Shown here: positions 40,111 to 49,870 of the stretch, in pieces
Layout: each line of letters begins with the position of its first letter
How positions within the stretch are numbered: position 1 is the first letter of the stretch
Translations under genes and position numbers: made by a program
Notes under the pieces: generated by a model
Told to the model about the DNA's origin: nothing
What the model saw: only the letters and a program-made list of their open reading frames with translations
Database searches by the model: none
From: Candidatus Poribacteria bacterium
GTDB taxonomy: Bacteria; Poribacteria; WGA-4E; GCA-2687025
NCBI GenBank assembly: GCA_963665845.2
Contig: OY762492.1
Coordinates: 1,984,001-2,048,000, forward strand
Direction: 5' to 3'
DNA length: 64,000 bases

Positions 40111-41388
40111 ATGAAAGATTACTATCGCATTTTACAGGCGCACCGAGAGGCGGATCAGGAAACGATCAAAGCCGCCTACCGGTCCTTGACGCGGCGGGTT
40201 CACCCTGACAAGAACCCGAACAACCGCGAATGGGCGGAAGAGCGCATGCGCGAAATCAACGAGGCGTACCATGTGTTGAGCGACGGCGCCAAACGCGCCG
40301 CCTTCGACAGAGAGTATCCCGCCTCATCCCCGAAGAGCGGCTCCGCGTCCAACGAAAAGCTGCTGTTGACGCTGGAACAGAACCGCGCCTTGCGCGATCG
40401 GGTTCAGAAGCTGACGGCGCATCTTGAACGTCAAAGCAAGGAGACGAGCGAACTTCAACAGCAGCTGAAAGAATCGGTACAACGCCGCGAGCGTCTCGAG
40501 AAGGAGCTGGCGGTGGAACGGGAGCGGAATAAGCTGCTTCGGCGCGGCTCTACATCTTCCGCCAAGAAGAAGAAAAACACGCGGATCGGGAAGACGAAGC
40601 AGACAGCGGAAGAGAGTATGGAGACGCGGGTCATGCAGCTGCCCGGCAGCTCCGCGACGATGGTTTTCGTCCGCATACCCGCTTCCATATTTGAAATGGG
40701 CAGCGCGGTCGGAAATCCAGACGAACGCCCTGTTCATCAAGCGGCGCTGGACCAGTTTTGGATCGGCGCCGAACCTGTAACCTGCAGTCAGTTTTCCGCC
40801 TTCGTCAAGACGAACCCGTCATGGAGCAAACGCTCCCTGACTCCCGATCGGCATCCGGACTATCTCAAGCCGTTCAACGGAGACAGCCCCCCGTTCGGAA
40901 AAGAGCGGCATCCTGTGACGCATGTTACATGGACGGCGGCGGCGGCGTTTGCGAAATGGGCTGGTTTTGAATTGCCGACGGAGGCGCAGTGGGAAGGCGC
41001 GGCGCGCGCCGGTCAAGACGGAGAATACGGCGGCGGCAGGTCGTTCATTTCCCCCAACGACGCCAATTTTGCGGGCAAACGGGGCGGAGTCGTCCCGACG
41101 CGCAGCTACCCGCCGAACGCATACGGCGTCTATGAAATGCTCGGCAATGTGTGGGAATGGTGCGCCGATGTCTACGACGCGGCGTTTTACCGCTCCCCAG
41201 AGGCGCTGGAGCCGAACCCGATGCGCGGCGGCGCGGGGGGCGAATCGACGCGCCGCGTTATTCGGGGCGGGTCTTGGCAGAGCCTCTCGTCCGACCTGCG
41301 GGCGTCGGCGCGGGGGCATATGAAAGCGGGAACGGCGTCCATGTTTTGCGGTTTTCGATGCGCGTTTCGCAGTAGCCCATCGTTGTGA
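40111..41388 (+). CDS. DnaJ domain, coiled coil and FGE-sulfatase (SUMF1-like) domain fusion
   Basis: KDYY...HPDKN J-domain; PVTHVTW, LPTEAQWE, GNVWEW, RGGSW, GFRC. Confidence 0.88.
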   Translation: MKDYYRILQAHREADQETIKAAYRSLTRRVHPDKNPNNREWAEERMREINEAYHVLSDGAKRAAFDREYPASSPKSGSASNEKLLLTLEQNRALRDRVQKLTAHLERQSKETSELQQQLKESVQRRERLEKELAVERERNKLLRRGSTSSAKKKKNTRIGKTKQTAEESMETRVMQLPGSSATMVFVRIPASIFEMGSAVGNPDERPVHQAALDQFWIGAEPVTCSQFSAFVKTNPSWSKRSLTPDRHPDYLKPFNGDSPPFGKERHPVTHVTWTAAAAFAKWAGFELPTEAQWEGAARAGQDGEYGGGRSFISPNDANFAGKRGGVVPTRSYPPNAYGVYEMLGNVWEWCADVYDAAFYRSPEALEPNPMRGGAGGESTRRVIRGGSWQSLSSDLRASARGHMKAGTASMFCGFRCAFRSSPSL

Positions 41389-41400
41389 AGGAGATGCGAG

Positions 41401-42375
41401 TTGAGTCGACCTAAGGTGTTCATAACGCGACCGCTGCCGCCCGTTGCGGACCCGCTCATTCATCGTCTGCGGGAGACATGCGAGGTTGAGATTTGGCATT
41501 CGATGGAGGAACCCGCGCCGACAGCGGAGAAGATACGCGCCCTGGACGGCTTGGCGACCTACGGGCATGAACCAATCACCGACGCGATGATGGCGGAAGC
41601 GCCCAACTTAAAGGTGATCTCCAATATCGGCGTCGGGCATGACCATATCGACTCGGAGGCGGCGCGGCGGAGGGGCGTCGCTGTCGGCAACACCCCGGGC
41701 GTTTTGAGCGGCGCGACCGCCGATATGACCTTCGCGCTGCTGCTGGCGGGGGCGCGTCTGCTGGGTCCGTCTAACCGATATGTCCGCGCGCGTCAGTGGC
41801 GCTCTTACGACCCGAACCTGTTTTGGGGCAGCGAGGTTCATCATTCAACGATCGGCATTGTCGGCATGGGGCGCATCGGTTATGAGGTGGCGAAGCGCGC
41901 CCGCGGCTTCGACATGAACATATTATATTACAAGCGGAATCGGCGCGCGGACTGGGAGCGGGAGCTGGGAATGTCTTACGCGCCGCTGAATGAGTTGCTG
42001 GAGGCGTCCGATTTTGTAACGCTGCATGCGCCGATGTCGCCTGAAACGAAAGAGATGATCGGAGCGGCGGAGCTGAAGCGGATGAAGCGGACGGCCGTTT
42101 TGGTGAACGCGGCGCGCGGCGGAATCGTCGACCATGCGGCGCTGTATGAAGCGTTGACATCGGGCGAGATTGCGGCGGCGGCGCTGGATGTGACGGAGCC
42201 AGAACCGCTTCCGCTCGATAGCCCGTTGATCGATCTGGACAATTGTTTCATCGCGCCGCATCTGGGCAGCGCGACGGTGGAAACGCGGTTGAAAATGATA
42301 CAAATGGCGTTGGATAATTTAATGGCGGGGCTGAACGGAAAACCGCTGCCTTACTCGGTTTTGGAACCTACATGA
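41401..42375 (+). CDS. D-glycerate dehydrogenase / glyoxylate reductase
   Basis: GVGHDHID, NTPGVL, GMGRIG, NAARG, DVTEPEP, PHLGSAT. Confidence 0.9.
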   Translation: MSRPKVFITRPLPPVADPLIHRLRETCEVEIWHSMEEPAPTAEKIRALDGLATYGHEPITDAMMAEAPNLKVISNIGVGHDHIDSEAARRRGVAVGNTPGVLSGATADMTFALLLAGARLLGPSNRYVRARQWRSYDPNLFWGSEVHHSTIGIVGMGRIGYEVAKRARGFDMNILYYKRNRRADWERELGMSYAPLNELLEASDFVTLHAPMSPETKEMIGAAELKRMKRTAVLVNAARGGIVDHAALYEALTSGEIAAAALDVTEPEPLPLDSPLIDLDNCFIAPHLGSATVETRLKMIQMALDNLMAGLNGKPLPYSVLEPT

Positions 42376-43079
42376 TGAGCTCATACGAGAAAATAAGCGT
42401 CGTCATCCCGGTCTATAACGAAAAAGCGACTCTGCTCGAAATCATCGAAAAGGTGCGCTCGGCGGATGTGGCGGGTCTTGAAAAAGAGATTGTGCTGGTG
42501 GACGACTATTCAACGGACGGCTCGCGCAATATGCTGCAGGAAATCGAAGCGTCCGAGCCGCCCGACCTGCGCTTCGGCTACCATGAGGCGAATCAAGGCA
42601 AGGGCGCCGCGCTGCGCACCGGCTTTGAGATCGCGTCCGGCGATCTGATCATCATTCAGGACGCCGATCTGGAGTACAACCCTGACGAGTATCCGAAGCT
42701 GCTGGAGCCGCTGCTGTCGGACGAGGCGGATGTGGTGTACGGGTCGCGTTTTCTGAAGGGCGCGCAGAGCGAGGCGTGGCACACCTTCGGCAACCGCTTT
42801 TTGACGGCGGTTTCAAACCTGTTCACCGGGCTGAAGTTGACCGACATGGAGACATGCTACAAGCTGATGCCGGCGGAGGTGGTGAAGAATATCCCGCTGC
42901 GCTCCGACCGGTTCGGCTTTGAGCCGGAGATCACGGCAAAGCTGGCGCGCCGGCGCATGCGAATCGTGGAGCGTCCGATCACATACAGCCGGCGCGGATA
43001 CGACGAGGGAAAGAAGATCAACTGGAAAGACGGAGCCGCCGCGATCTACCACATCATACGGTACCGCATCGCCGACTAA
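42372..43079 (+). CDS. Glycosyltransferase family 2 (DPM1-like)
   Basis: PVYNE, DDYSTDG, QDADLEY, DMETCYK, FGFEPE. Confidence 0.92.
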   Translation: MMSSYEKISVVIPVYNEKATLLEIIEKVRSADVAGLEKEIVLVDDYSTDGSRNMLQEIEASEPPDLRFGYHEANQGKGAALRTGFEIASGDLIIIQDADLEYNPDEYPKLLEPLLSDEADVVYGSRFLKGAQSEAWHTFGNRFLTAVSNLFTGLKLTDMETCYKLMPAEVVKNIPLRSDRFGFEPEITAKLARRRMRIVERPITYSRRGYDEGKKINWKDGAAAIYHIIRYRIAD

Positions 43080-43089
43080 GAGACGGTCG

Positions 43090-43279
43090 CTGACCTTATG
43101 CATAAAGTAGGGACATTTGAATTGACGATCGCTCTATTCATGGGAAAAAGGCTTCGCCAACCAGACCGTCCCCCGCTTACGCGAGGGCATGCATTCCCGC
43201 GTAAGCGGGAATCTAGAGGCGGCGAAGAAGACGTCCGCGTTCGCCCGCCAGCATGTCCCTACTTAAGACGTGAGGTCAG
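43090..43279. mobile_element. MITE family A copy
   Basis: CTGACCTTATGCATAAAGTAGGGACAT and ATGTCCCTACTTAAGACGTGAGGTCAG ends; no clear TSD. Confidence 0.75.
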
Positions 43280-43348
43280 ACAGTTTCTATGCGCGGCTAA
43301 AACCCCCCTAGCCCCCCTTTTCAAGGGGGGAATCGGACGAGGCGGGGG

Positions 43349-44374
43349 TTACGCTTCCACCTCCCATGTGTCGCCGGATTCAAACAGCTCTTGGAGCGTT
43401 TGACCGCCGCCTTTTTCCGTTTCAGCGTTCACCTGATCAGCCATCATGTCTTCGTAGCATGGGCGTTCGATGTTTCGGATGACGCCGACGGGGCGCGGGA
43501 AATCTTTGCGCTCTTGGAATGTGGCAAGGATGCCGGCAAGCAGTCCCGATTCGTCATGTTCGTCATGGACGAGCGCGTCGTCGGCGCCGTAGGCGCCCGC
43601 TTTCAGATCGATGACATGCGGCTGCAGTCCGTCCAGCCGTATCGCCTTGTCCCGTTCGCGCCCGAAGATCATCGGCTTTCCATGCTCAAGGTAAAGCATG
43701 GCGTCCATCTTCGAATTTTTGTCAACAAATTCTGCGAAGGCTCCCCCGTTGAACACGTGGCAGTCCTGGTAGATTTCAAAAAAGACGGCTCCATGATGCT
43801 CCGCCGCGCGTCGAATCATGGCTCCCATGTGTTTCAGATCGCGGTCGATGGAGCGGATGATCATGGGCGCGTTGGCGGCAAGCGCAATGCGCAGCGGGTT
43901 GAACGGCGTGTCGATGGAGCCGACCATCGATTTGTGTACCACTTTTTGTCCTGTCGGCGATGTGGGCGAGTACTGCCCTTTCGTCAAGCCGTACACCTGG
44001 TTGTTGAAAAGCAGCAGCGTGACATCCAGATTTCGCCTGAAGAGATGCAGGAGGTGGTTGCCGCCGATGCTGAGACTGTCGCCGTCCCCTGTGACGATCC
44101 AGATGTCCAGATCGGGCCGCGTCGCTTTCAGCCCGGTGGCGATGGCGGGCGCCCGTCCGTGTATCGTGTGAAAGCCGTAGGTACCCATGTAGTATGGAAA
44201 ACGGCTTGAGCATCCGATGCCGGAGATGAAGGCAACCTCATGCGGCGGGCGCCCAAGAGCAGGGAGCGTCCGCTTGATGGAGGCGAGGATGGCGTAATCC
44301 CCGCATCCGGGGCACCACCGCACCGTCTGGTCAGATTCGAAATCTTCTGGCGTGAGCGTTTGTGCAGCTTTCAT
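43349..44374 (-). CDS. korB: 2-oxoacid:ferredoxin oxidoreductase beta subunit
   Basis: WCPGCGD, SGIGCSSR, HGRA, GDGD, YGLTKGQYSPT; start reassigned to MKAAQ. Confidence 0.92.
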   Translation of the reverse strand: MKAAQTLTPEDFESDQTVRWCPGCGDYAILASIKRTLPALGRPPHEVAFISGIGCSSRFPYYMGTYGFHTIHGRAPAIATGLKATRPDLDIWIVTGDGDSLSIGGNHLLHLFRRNLDVTLLLFNNQVYGLTKGQYSPTSPTGQKVVHKSMVGSIDTPFNPLRIALAANAPMIIRSIDRDLKHMGAMIRRAAEHHGAVFFEIYQDCHVFNGGAFAEFVDKNSKMDAMLYLEHGKPMIFGRERDKAIRLDGLQPHVIDLKAGAYGADDALVHDEHDESGLLAGILATFQERKDFPRPVGVIRNIERPCYEDMMADQVNAETEKGGGQTLQELFESGDTWEVEA

Positions 44375-46262
44375 TGATCGCGGACGCTCCTCTCTTCTGT
44401 TCGTCAAGCATCGATTCTGCCTTGCAGACAATCTCGGATGCGAATATGGGCTGTCCTTGTACCTTGTTGAACCCTTCCGCATCAATCAGGTACTTGGCGC
44501 GGATATAGTGGCGCAGCTGCCCCAGATTCATTTCTGGGATGAGAATACGCTTGAACCGCTTGAGGATCTCCCCAAGGTCGTTTGGCAGCGGGTTGAGCCA
44601 GCGCAGATGAACGCGCGCGACGGAGCTTCCTTTAGCGAGCAGCTGATCGGTCGCCGCGCGGATGGAGCCGTAGGAGCTTCCCCATCCCAGGATGAGCAGG
44701 TCGCCTTCAGGGTCGCCGTCCACCTTGGTGGGCGGTATCTCGCGCGCGACGCGCTGCACCTTTTCAGCCCTGTACAGCGTCATTTTTTCATGGTTGTCGG
44801 AATCGTAGCTCACATTTCCCGACCCGTCCTCTTTTTCAAGCCCGCCGATGCGGTGTTCCAGACCCGGCGTCCCAGGGACTGCCCAGGGTCTTGCCAGCGT
44901 GGCGGGATCGCGCGAATACGGTTCAAAGCCTTCAGGGTCCGCCGCAAACTGCGGCTGAATGTCCGGCAGGCTGCTTAGGTCCGGAATGGGCCAAGGCTCC
45001 GTTCCGTTGCCGAGGTAGCCGTCCGACAGGAGCAGGACAGGCGTCATATACTTGACGGCGATGCGCGCCGCTTCATAGATGACGTCGAAGCAGTCTGACG
45101 GGCGCGATGTCGCCAGGACGGGCAGCGGGCTTTCGCCGTGCCGTCCGCCGATGGCTTGAAACAGGTCCGACTGCTCCGTCTTGGTCGGCAAGCCGGTGCT
45201 GGGTCCGCCGCGTTGAATGTTGCAGACGATCATCGGCAGCTCAACCGAGATGGCGAGGCTCAACGCCTCCTGTTTGAGCGCGATGCCGGGTCCGGAGGAG
45301 GCGGTCACGGCGAGCGAGCCGCCGTATGCCGCGCCGACGGCGGCGCACATCGCGGCGATTTCATCTTCCGCTTGGAAGGTACGCGCGCCGAATCGCTTGT
45401 AGCTCGCCAGCTCATGAAGGATCGCGCTTGCCGGCGTGATCGGATAGCCGGAGTAAAAGAGCGGCAGACCCGACTTTTGAGAGGCGGCAAGCAAGCCGAA
45501 AGCAAGCCCTGTGTTGCCGTTGATGTTGCGGTATTTGCCCGGCTGCAGTATAGCGGGCTTCACCTCATAGGACGCCGCAAACAGATCGGTCGCTTCGGCA
45601 TAGATATGCCCCGCCTTGAGAGCGGCGATGTTCGGCTCAATGTACTTCCGGCGGTTCGGTCGATCAAAGTAGGTCTGGATCCACTTGACGGTGTGTTCCA
45701 GCGGTCTATTGAAGAGCCAGAAGACCATGCCGAGGGCGAACATGTTTTTGGCGCGGTCTATCTCTTTTTTGGAAAGGCGGTCTTTCTCTTCTTCAAGCTT
45801 GGCGAACTCTTCCAGCGCCTTGTTGGTCAGGTCGATCATATCGACCGTGATGACCTGGTATTTGTCCAGATCGCTGGTTTCGAGCGGGTTCTGGTCGTAG
45901 CCGGCGAGTCGGAGGTTTTTGGCGCTGTTGAAGGACGGCTCATTGGTGAGAATGATGCCGTTCGGCTTGACGAGATGCAGGCTCATTTTGAGCGCGGCGG
46001 GGTTCATGGCGATCAGCACATCAACCTGGTCGCCAGGCGTGTGGATGTCTTTGCTGCTGAATCGCACCTGGAAGCTGCTGATGCCGTGTAAAGTGCCGGC
46101 TGGGGCGCGTATTTCGGCTGGGAAGTCCGGCAGCGTGCTGAGGTCGTTGCCGAACAGGGCGGAGGTGTTGGCGAACTGGTCGCCGGACACCTGCATCCCG
46201 GTGCCTGAGTCGTCCGCAAATCGGATGACCGCTTCTTGAAGTTCTACAGCTGATTTCGCCAT
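44331..46262 (-). CDS. korA: 2-oxoacid:ferredoxin oxidoreductase alpha subunit (gamma-fused)
   Basis: FPAEIRAPAG, YPITPAS, QAEDEIAA, SSGPG, QRGGPSTGLPT. Confidence 0.93.
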   Translation of the reverse strand: MAKSAVELQEAVIRFADDSGTGMQVSGDQFANTSALFGNDLSTLPDFPAEIRAPAGTLHGISSFQVRFSSKDIHTPGDQVDVLIAMNPAALKMSLHLVKPNGIILTNEPSFNSAKNLRLAGYDQNPLETSDLDKYQVITVDMIDLTNKALEEFAKLEEEKDRLSKKEIDRAKNMFALGMVFWLFNRPLEHTVKWIQTYFDRPNRRKYIEPNIAALKAGHIYAEATDLFAASYEVKPAILQPGKYRNINGNTGLAFGLLAASQKSGLPLFYSGYPITPASAILHELASYKRFGARTFQAEDEIAAMCAAVGAAYGGSLAVTASSGPGIALKQEALSLAISVELPMIVCNIQRGGPSTGLPTKTEQSDLFQAIGGRHGESPLPVLATSRPSDCFDVIYEAARIAVKYMTPVLLLSDGYLGNGTEPWPIPDLSSLPDIQPQFAADPEGFEPYSRDPATLARPWAVPGTPGLEHRIGGLEKEDGSGNVSYDSDNHEKMTLYRAEKVQRVAREIPPTKVDGDPEGDLLILGWGSSYGSIRAATDQLLAKGSSVARVHLRWLNPLPNDLGEILKRFKRILIPEMNLGQLRHYIRAKYLIDAEGFNKVQGQPIFASEIVCKAESMLDEQKRGASAINESCTNAHARRFRI

Positions 46263-46286
46263 ATCAAGCGCTTTCTACTGTTTGAG

Positions 46287-46829
46287 TTAGGCGCCCTCCG
46301 GGGAGCGCGTCGGCCTCCGTTCGATGGGCTGCGGCGGCAAATTCAGCACTTCCACTGGAAAATGATCCACCACAAACTCCATGATATTTCGGACGGAGAC
46401 GACCGCCAAAGCCCGCTGCTCATCGTCCACAATCGGCAGATGGCGGTAATGTCCGTCATACATACGGCGGATTGCCGTACCTATTGTATCGTCACAATTC
46501 GCCGTTGTAGGATTTTTCACCATGATTTCGCTGACCAGCTTTTCGGCGGAGGCGTCAATCTCCGGCGCCGCTTTTAGCAAAAGATCGCGTTCGGTGATGA
46601 TTCCCACGATCCGTTTCTCCTCGTCCACGACCGGCAAACAACCGACCCTGTTCGCAATCATCGCTTCAACGACCTGCGCGATCGTTGTATCCGGCTTGAC
46701 CATGAGACCGACGTTGCGCATCTGAAGTTCGCTCACAGGCGTCTCAAACGCCACATCGGGCAATTCTGGATACACATGATCAATTTCTTCTTCAAAACGG
46801 TCCAGGTCTTCCTGTACGGGATCGTACAT
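46287..46829 (-). CDS. CBS domain pair protein
   Basis: GCLPVVD...GIITERD, YRHLPIVD; start reassigned to MYDPVQ. Confidence 0.85.
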   Translation of the reverse strand: MYDPVQEDLDRFEEEIDHVYPELPDVAFETPVSELQMRNVGLMVKPDTTIAQVVEAMIANRVGCLPVVDEEKRIVGIITERDLLLKAAPEIDASAEKLVSEIMVKNPTTANCDDTIGTAIRRMYDGHYRHLPIVDDEQRALAVVSVRNIMEFVVDHFPVEVLNLPPQPIERRPTRSPEGA

Positions 46830-46866
46830 CTCATAACTCCTATAACGCTCATGGAGCGGTTTCAGT

Positions 46867-47298
46867 TTACTTCGATTCTCCCAGCTCATGCGCTTCAAGC
46901 CGCTGCGCCAGATAGTCGACCATCGAGCGCACCGACACAATGCAGCCCAACTTGTCCTCCTCGTCAAAGAGCGGAATGTACCGGTATCCGCCGACATGCA
47001 TATGGTGCAGCGCAAACACGATGCTGTCGTCCATATGCAGCGTTGTCGGGCGCGCCGTCATCAGCTGAGAAATCGGCTGGTCAAGGCTCTCGTCGCCCTG
47101 CAGAAACAGCTTGTTGAGAACATCCCGCTCGGTGAAAATGCCGAGAAGAGCGCCGTCGTCGTCCACAATGAGAACGGCGCCTCCGTTGCGCACTTTCATC
47201 ATTTCGATGGCGTCGCGCGCGGGAGTGTCCGGCGGAGCGACAAGCGGCTTGCACACGTACAACTCGGTGATCGGCTGCTGCAATTTTTCAGCGTCCAT
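46867..47298 (-). CDS. CBS domain pair protein
   Basis: GIFTERD, GYRYIP; AGGAGAGGAG SD. Confidence 0.88.
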   Translation of the reverse strand: MDAEKLQQPITELYVCKPLVAPPDTPARDAIEMMKVRNGGAVLIVDDDGALLGIFTERDVLNKLFLQGDESLDQPISQLMTARPTTLHMDDSIVFALHHMHVGGYRYIPLFDEEDKLGCIVSVRSMVDYLAQRLEAHELGESK

Positions 47299-47316
47299 GT
47301 TTTTCTCCTCTCCTGT

Positions 47317-48333
47317 TTAGTCGCCTGACATCATCTCGGCGATGGTCGCCTCTCGACCTTCTTCCGAACTTTTGATGCCGGCGAAGACCATCGCCATGGA
47401 TTTGATATTGTCCTGACTGGAGCATTCCGGCTCCCGCCCCTCCGAAATCGCCGAAACGAATTCAGCTAGCAGGGCGTCCTGCCCCTGAAGCGGCGGCTTG
47501 TCTAAAGGCTCGGCGCGCCTGCCCGGCTCCTTGGCTGGGCTAAAGGCGGTGCGGTAGATCGTATCCTCTTCCCATGTGAGCGACCCGTTCGGACCCTCAA
47601 TGCGCCATTCGCCGTTCCACGGGGACGACTTGCCGACGCTGCTGCCGAGGGCGTGGTGCGTCGCTGTCAACCCGCCTTCAAACTGAAAAATGGCGGTGTG
47701 TCCAGCGTCTCCCGCGTGCCATCCCCATTCAGGGTTCCATGTCTGGGCGTAGACGGAGATCGGCTCGCGGTTCAACACATAACGCATCATGTCGAAATGG
47801 TGGATGCCCATGTCGGTGATGAGCGGGTACGGCATCGTCGTGTAATGGGAGCCGGGGCGGGACGCCCATGCCTTGTAAAAGCCGACGACCGCATGCTTCG
47901 GCGCGCCGATGACGCCTTCGTCTAGAAGTCTGCGCGTTGTGCGCGGGACGGCGCCGAAGCGGTAGTTCTGCGCGATCATGTGCGTCAAGCCGCTCTCTTT
48001 GGCGGCGGCGGTCATGCGCAGCGCCGCTTCAAACGTGTCGCTCATCGGCTTTTCGCCGATCACATGGAGTCCATGTTGAAACGCTTCCATGGCGACCGGC
48101 TCATGCGCGGCGGGCGGGGTGACGTCGCAGACGAAGTCGGCGTCCGCGTTTTGAACAGCCGCCTCTATCGACGCAAAGACGCGGTCGGGCGGAAGGTTCC
48201 AGTCGCGCGTTACGGCTTCTCTCCTGCCTTCGCTCAGCTCCACATAGCCGACCAGTTCGACATTCGGGTTGTTGTTGCAGACGTTGAGCCAGCTTCGGGC
48301 GCGTCCGCCGAGTCCGACCAGCAAACCTTTCAT
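47317..48333 (-). CDS. Gfo/Idh/MocA family oxidoreductase
   Basis: VGLGGRA, EKPM, QNYRF, DMGIHHFD. Confidence 0.9.
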   Translation of the reverse strand: MKGLLVGLGGRARSWLNVCNNNPNVELVGYVELSEGRREAVTRDWNLPPDRVFASIEAAVQNADADFVCDVTPPAAHEPVAMEAFQHGLHVIGEKPMSDTFEAALRMTAAAKESGLTHMIAQNYRFGAVPRTTRRLLDEGVIGAPKHAVVGFYKAWASRPGSHYTTMPYPLITDMGIHHFDMMRYVLNREPISVYAQTWNPEWGWHAGDAGHTAIFQFEGGLTATHHALGSSVGKSSPWNGEWRIEGPNGSLTWEEDTIYRTAFSPAKEPGRRAEPLDKPPLQGQDALLAEFVSAISEGREPECSSQDNIKSMAMVFAGIKSSEEGREATIAEMMSGD

Positions 48334-48340
48334 ACGCTTT

Positions 48341-48874
48341 TCATCCGCTTTCGTTTGAGTTGTTGGCGTTCGTTCGCTCCCATTCTAACAGCCATGCTTT
48401 GCGGTGTATTTGTCCGCCGTATCCTCCGAGCGTTCCGTCTTTGGCGATGACGCGGTGGCACGGGATGAAGAGAGCGATCGGATTTCGGGCGTTGGCGCTG
48501 CCGACAAACCGCGCGCCGAGGCGCCCGTAGTTCAGCTGTCGGGCGATGTCGGAATAGGCGCGCGTTTCGCCGGGGGGTATCTGTTGAACGGCGCGCAGAG
48601 CGTTCATCGTCGGCTGCGGGAGTACGGGATCGACAGGCAAGCCGTTCAGCGCGTTCACATCGCCTTCAAAGTACGCCTCCAGCTTCTCGGCGGCATGGCG
48701 GGCGAATTTGCGGCGCGCGGGGGGCGCGTCGGGATGGGCGTTCCGCCAAGCTTGGCAGCGTTCATCGAACTTCTCGCAAGTTTCGAACGCGGCGGCAACG
48801 ACAGCGTCCGCGGAGGTGGCGGCGCGGAAGGCTCCAAGCGGCGTTTCAATCTGCTGAACGATGAGCGGTTCCAC
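48341..48874 (-). CDS. ogt: Methylated-DNA--protein-cysteine methyltransferase
   Basis: IPPGETRAYSDIA, ARFVGSANARNP, IPCHRV, LGGYGG. Confidence 0.9.
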   Translation of the reverse strand: MEPLIVQQIETPLGAFRAATSADAVVAAAFETCEKFDERCQAWRNAHPDAPPARRKFARHAAEKLEAYFEGDVNALNGLPVDPVLPQPTMNALRAVQQIPPGETRAYSDIARQLNYGRLGARFVGSANARNPIALFIPCHRVIAKDGTLGGYGGQIHRKAWLLEWERTNANNSNESG

Positions 48875-48888
48875 GAATCTGCCTCGCG

Positions 48889-49536
48889 TTAAAAATAGAC
48901 GGTAAAACCGATGCCGCCGACGACAGACGCCTGCGTTCGGGAGTCTTTGTCCACTTTGGTCGTGTCGGAGAGGATGTTTCTCTTCGCTTCAGTTTCGTAT
49001 GAAATGATGCGTTCAGTGCGGGTGTACCGCTCTCTTGACACGCTTTGACCGAATTCGATATTCAGCCCGAACCGTTCTTGCGGCGCGACCCCGAACCATT
49101 TGTCCACATAAAACTCCACGCCGAGGAGAAGGTGTCCGATCGTTTCATACTCCTCATATTTGTCATCGCGGACGATGTAGTTTTTAAATACGGGCGGGCT
49201 GTCGGCAGGGTACGTGTATTCTGGATGTTCGTATAGGCTGTCGTACAGGTCGCCTCTCAATCCGACGCCTGGGTTCAGGTAGATTTTGTACCCCGCGGCG
49301 CGTCCGACCACGATGGGCGCTTGCAGTCCGATCAGGTAGTCGCTGTCGGACCCATCTTGCCAGTAATGCCCGACAAGCCGCAGATGGAGCGGGTCCAATC
49401 CGCGGTAGGAGGCGCAGAGTCCGCCGATGTAGGGGGCGATGCCTTGCATTCCAGCTCCCCATTTAAAGGTGTTGTCGGCGTTGGCTCCGCCCGCCGCCGC
49501 GAGAATTGCCGCGCATAGAAACAACCGCTTGAACAT
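48889..49536 (-). CDS. Hypothetical outer-membrane beta-barrel protein
   Basis: Signal peptide, amphipathic strands, C-terminal GIGFTVYF. Confidence 0.6.
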   Translation of the reverse strand: MFKRLFLCAAILAAAGGANADNTFKWGAGMQGIAPYIGGLCASYRGLDPLHLRLVGHYWQDGSDSDYLIGLQAPIVVGRAAGYKIYLNPGVGLRGDLYDSLYEHPEYTYPADSPPVFKNYIVRDDKYEEYETIGHLLLGVEFYVDKWFGVAPQERFGLNIEFGQSVSRERYTRTERIISYETEAKRNILSDTTKVDKDSRTQASVVGGIGFTVYF

Positions 49537-49715
49537 GACGCATCGCTCTCCGTCTTCAGAATTTGCGTTGCTTTGAGTTGATCATAGCGCATTGAGGCGC
49601 GCGATGCAAACGGCCGATCCATGCTGTCCCCCGCTTCCGCGAGGGCATGCATTTCCGCGCAAGCGGGAATCTTAAGGCGTCGCAGCCGTTGCGCCCGCCC
49701 TTTAAACCCCCCTAG

Positions 49716-49870
49716 CCCCCCTTTTCAAGGGGGGAATCGGAGGAGGCGCCCCTTTTCAAGGGGAAATCGGAGGCGGCGCCCCTTTTCAAGGGAGGAATCG
49801 GAGGAGGCGCCCCTTTTCAAGGGGAATCGGAGGAGGCGACGCCATTTTCAAGGGGAATCGGAGGAGGCGG
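49716..49870. repeat. Five ~30-bp tandem repeats
   Basis: CCCCTTTTCAAGGGGAATCGGAGGAGGCG units. Confidence 0.85.

Noticed and set aside
40620-41388. DGR target (FGE/CLec fold)
   Set aside because: No reverse transcriptase or adenine-variant template repeat is visible in the window
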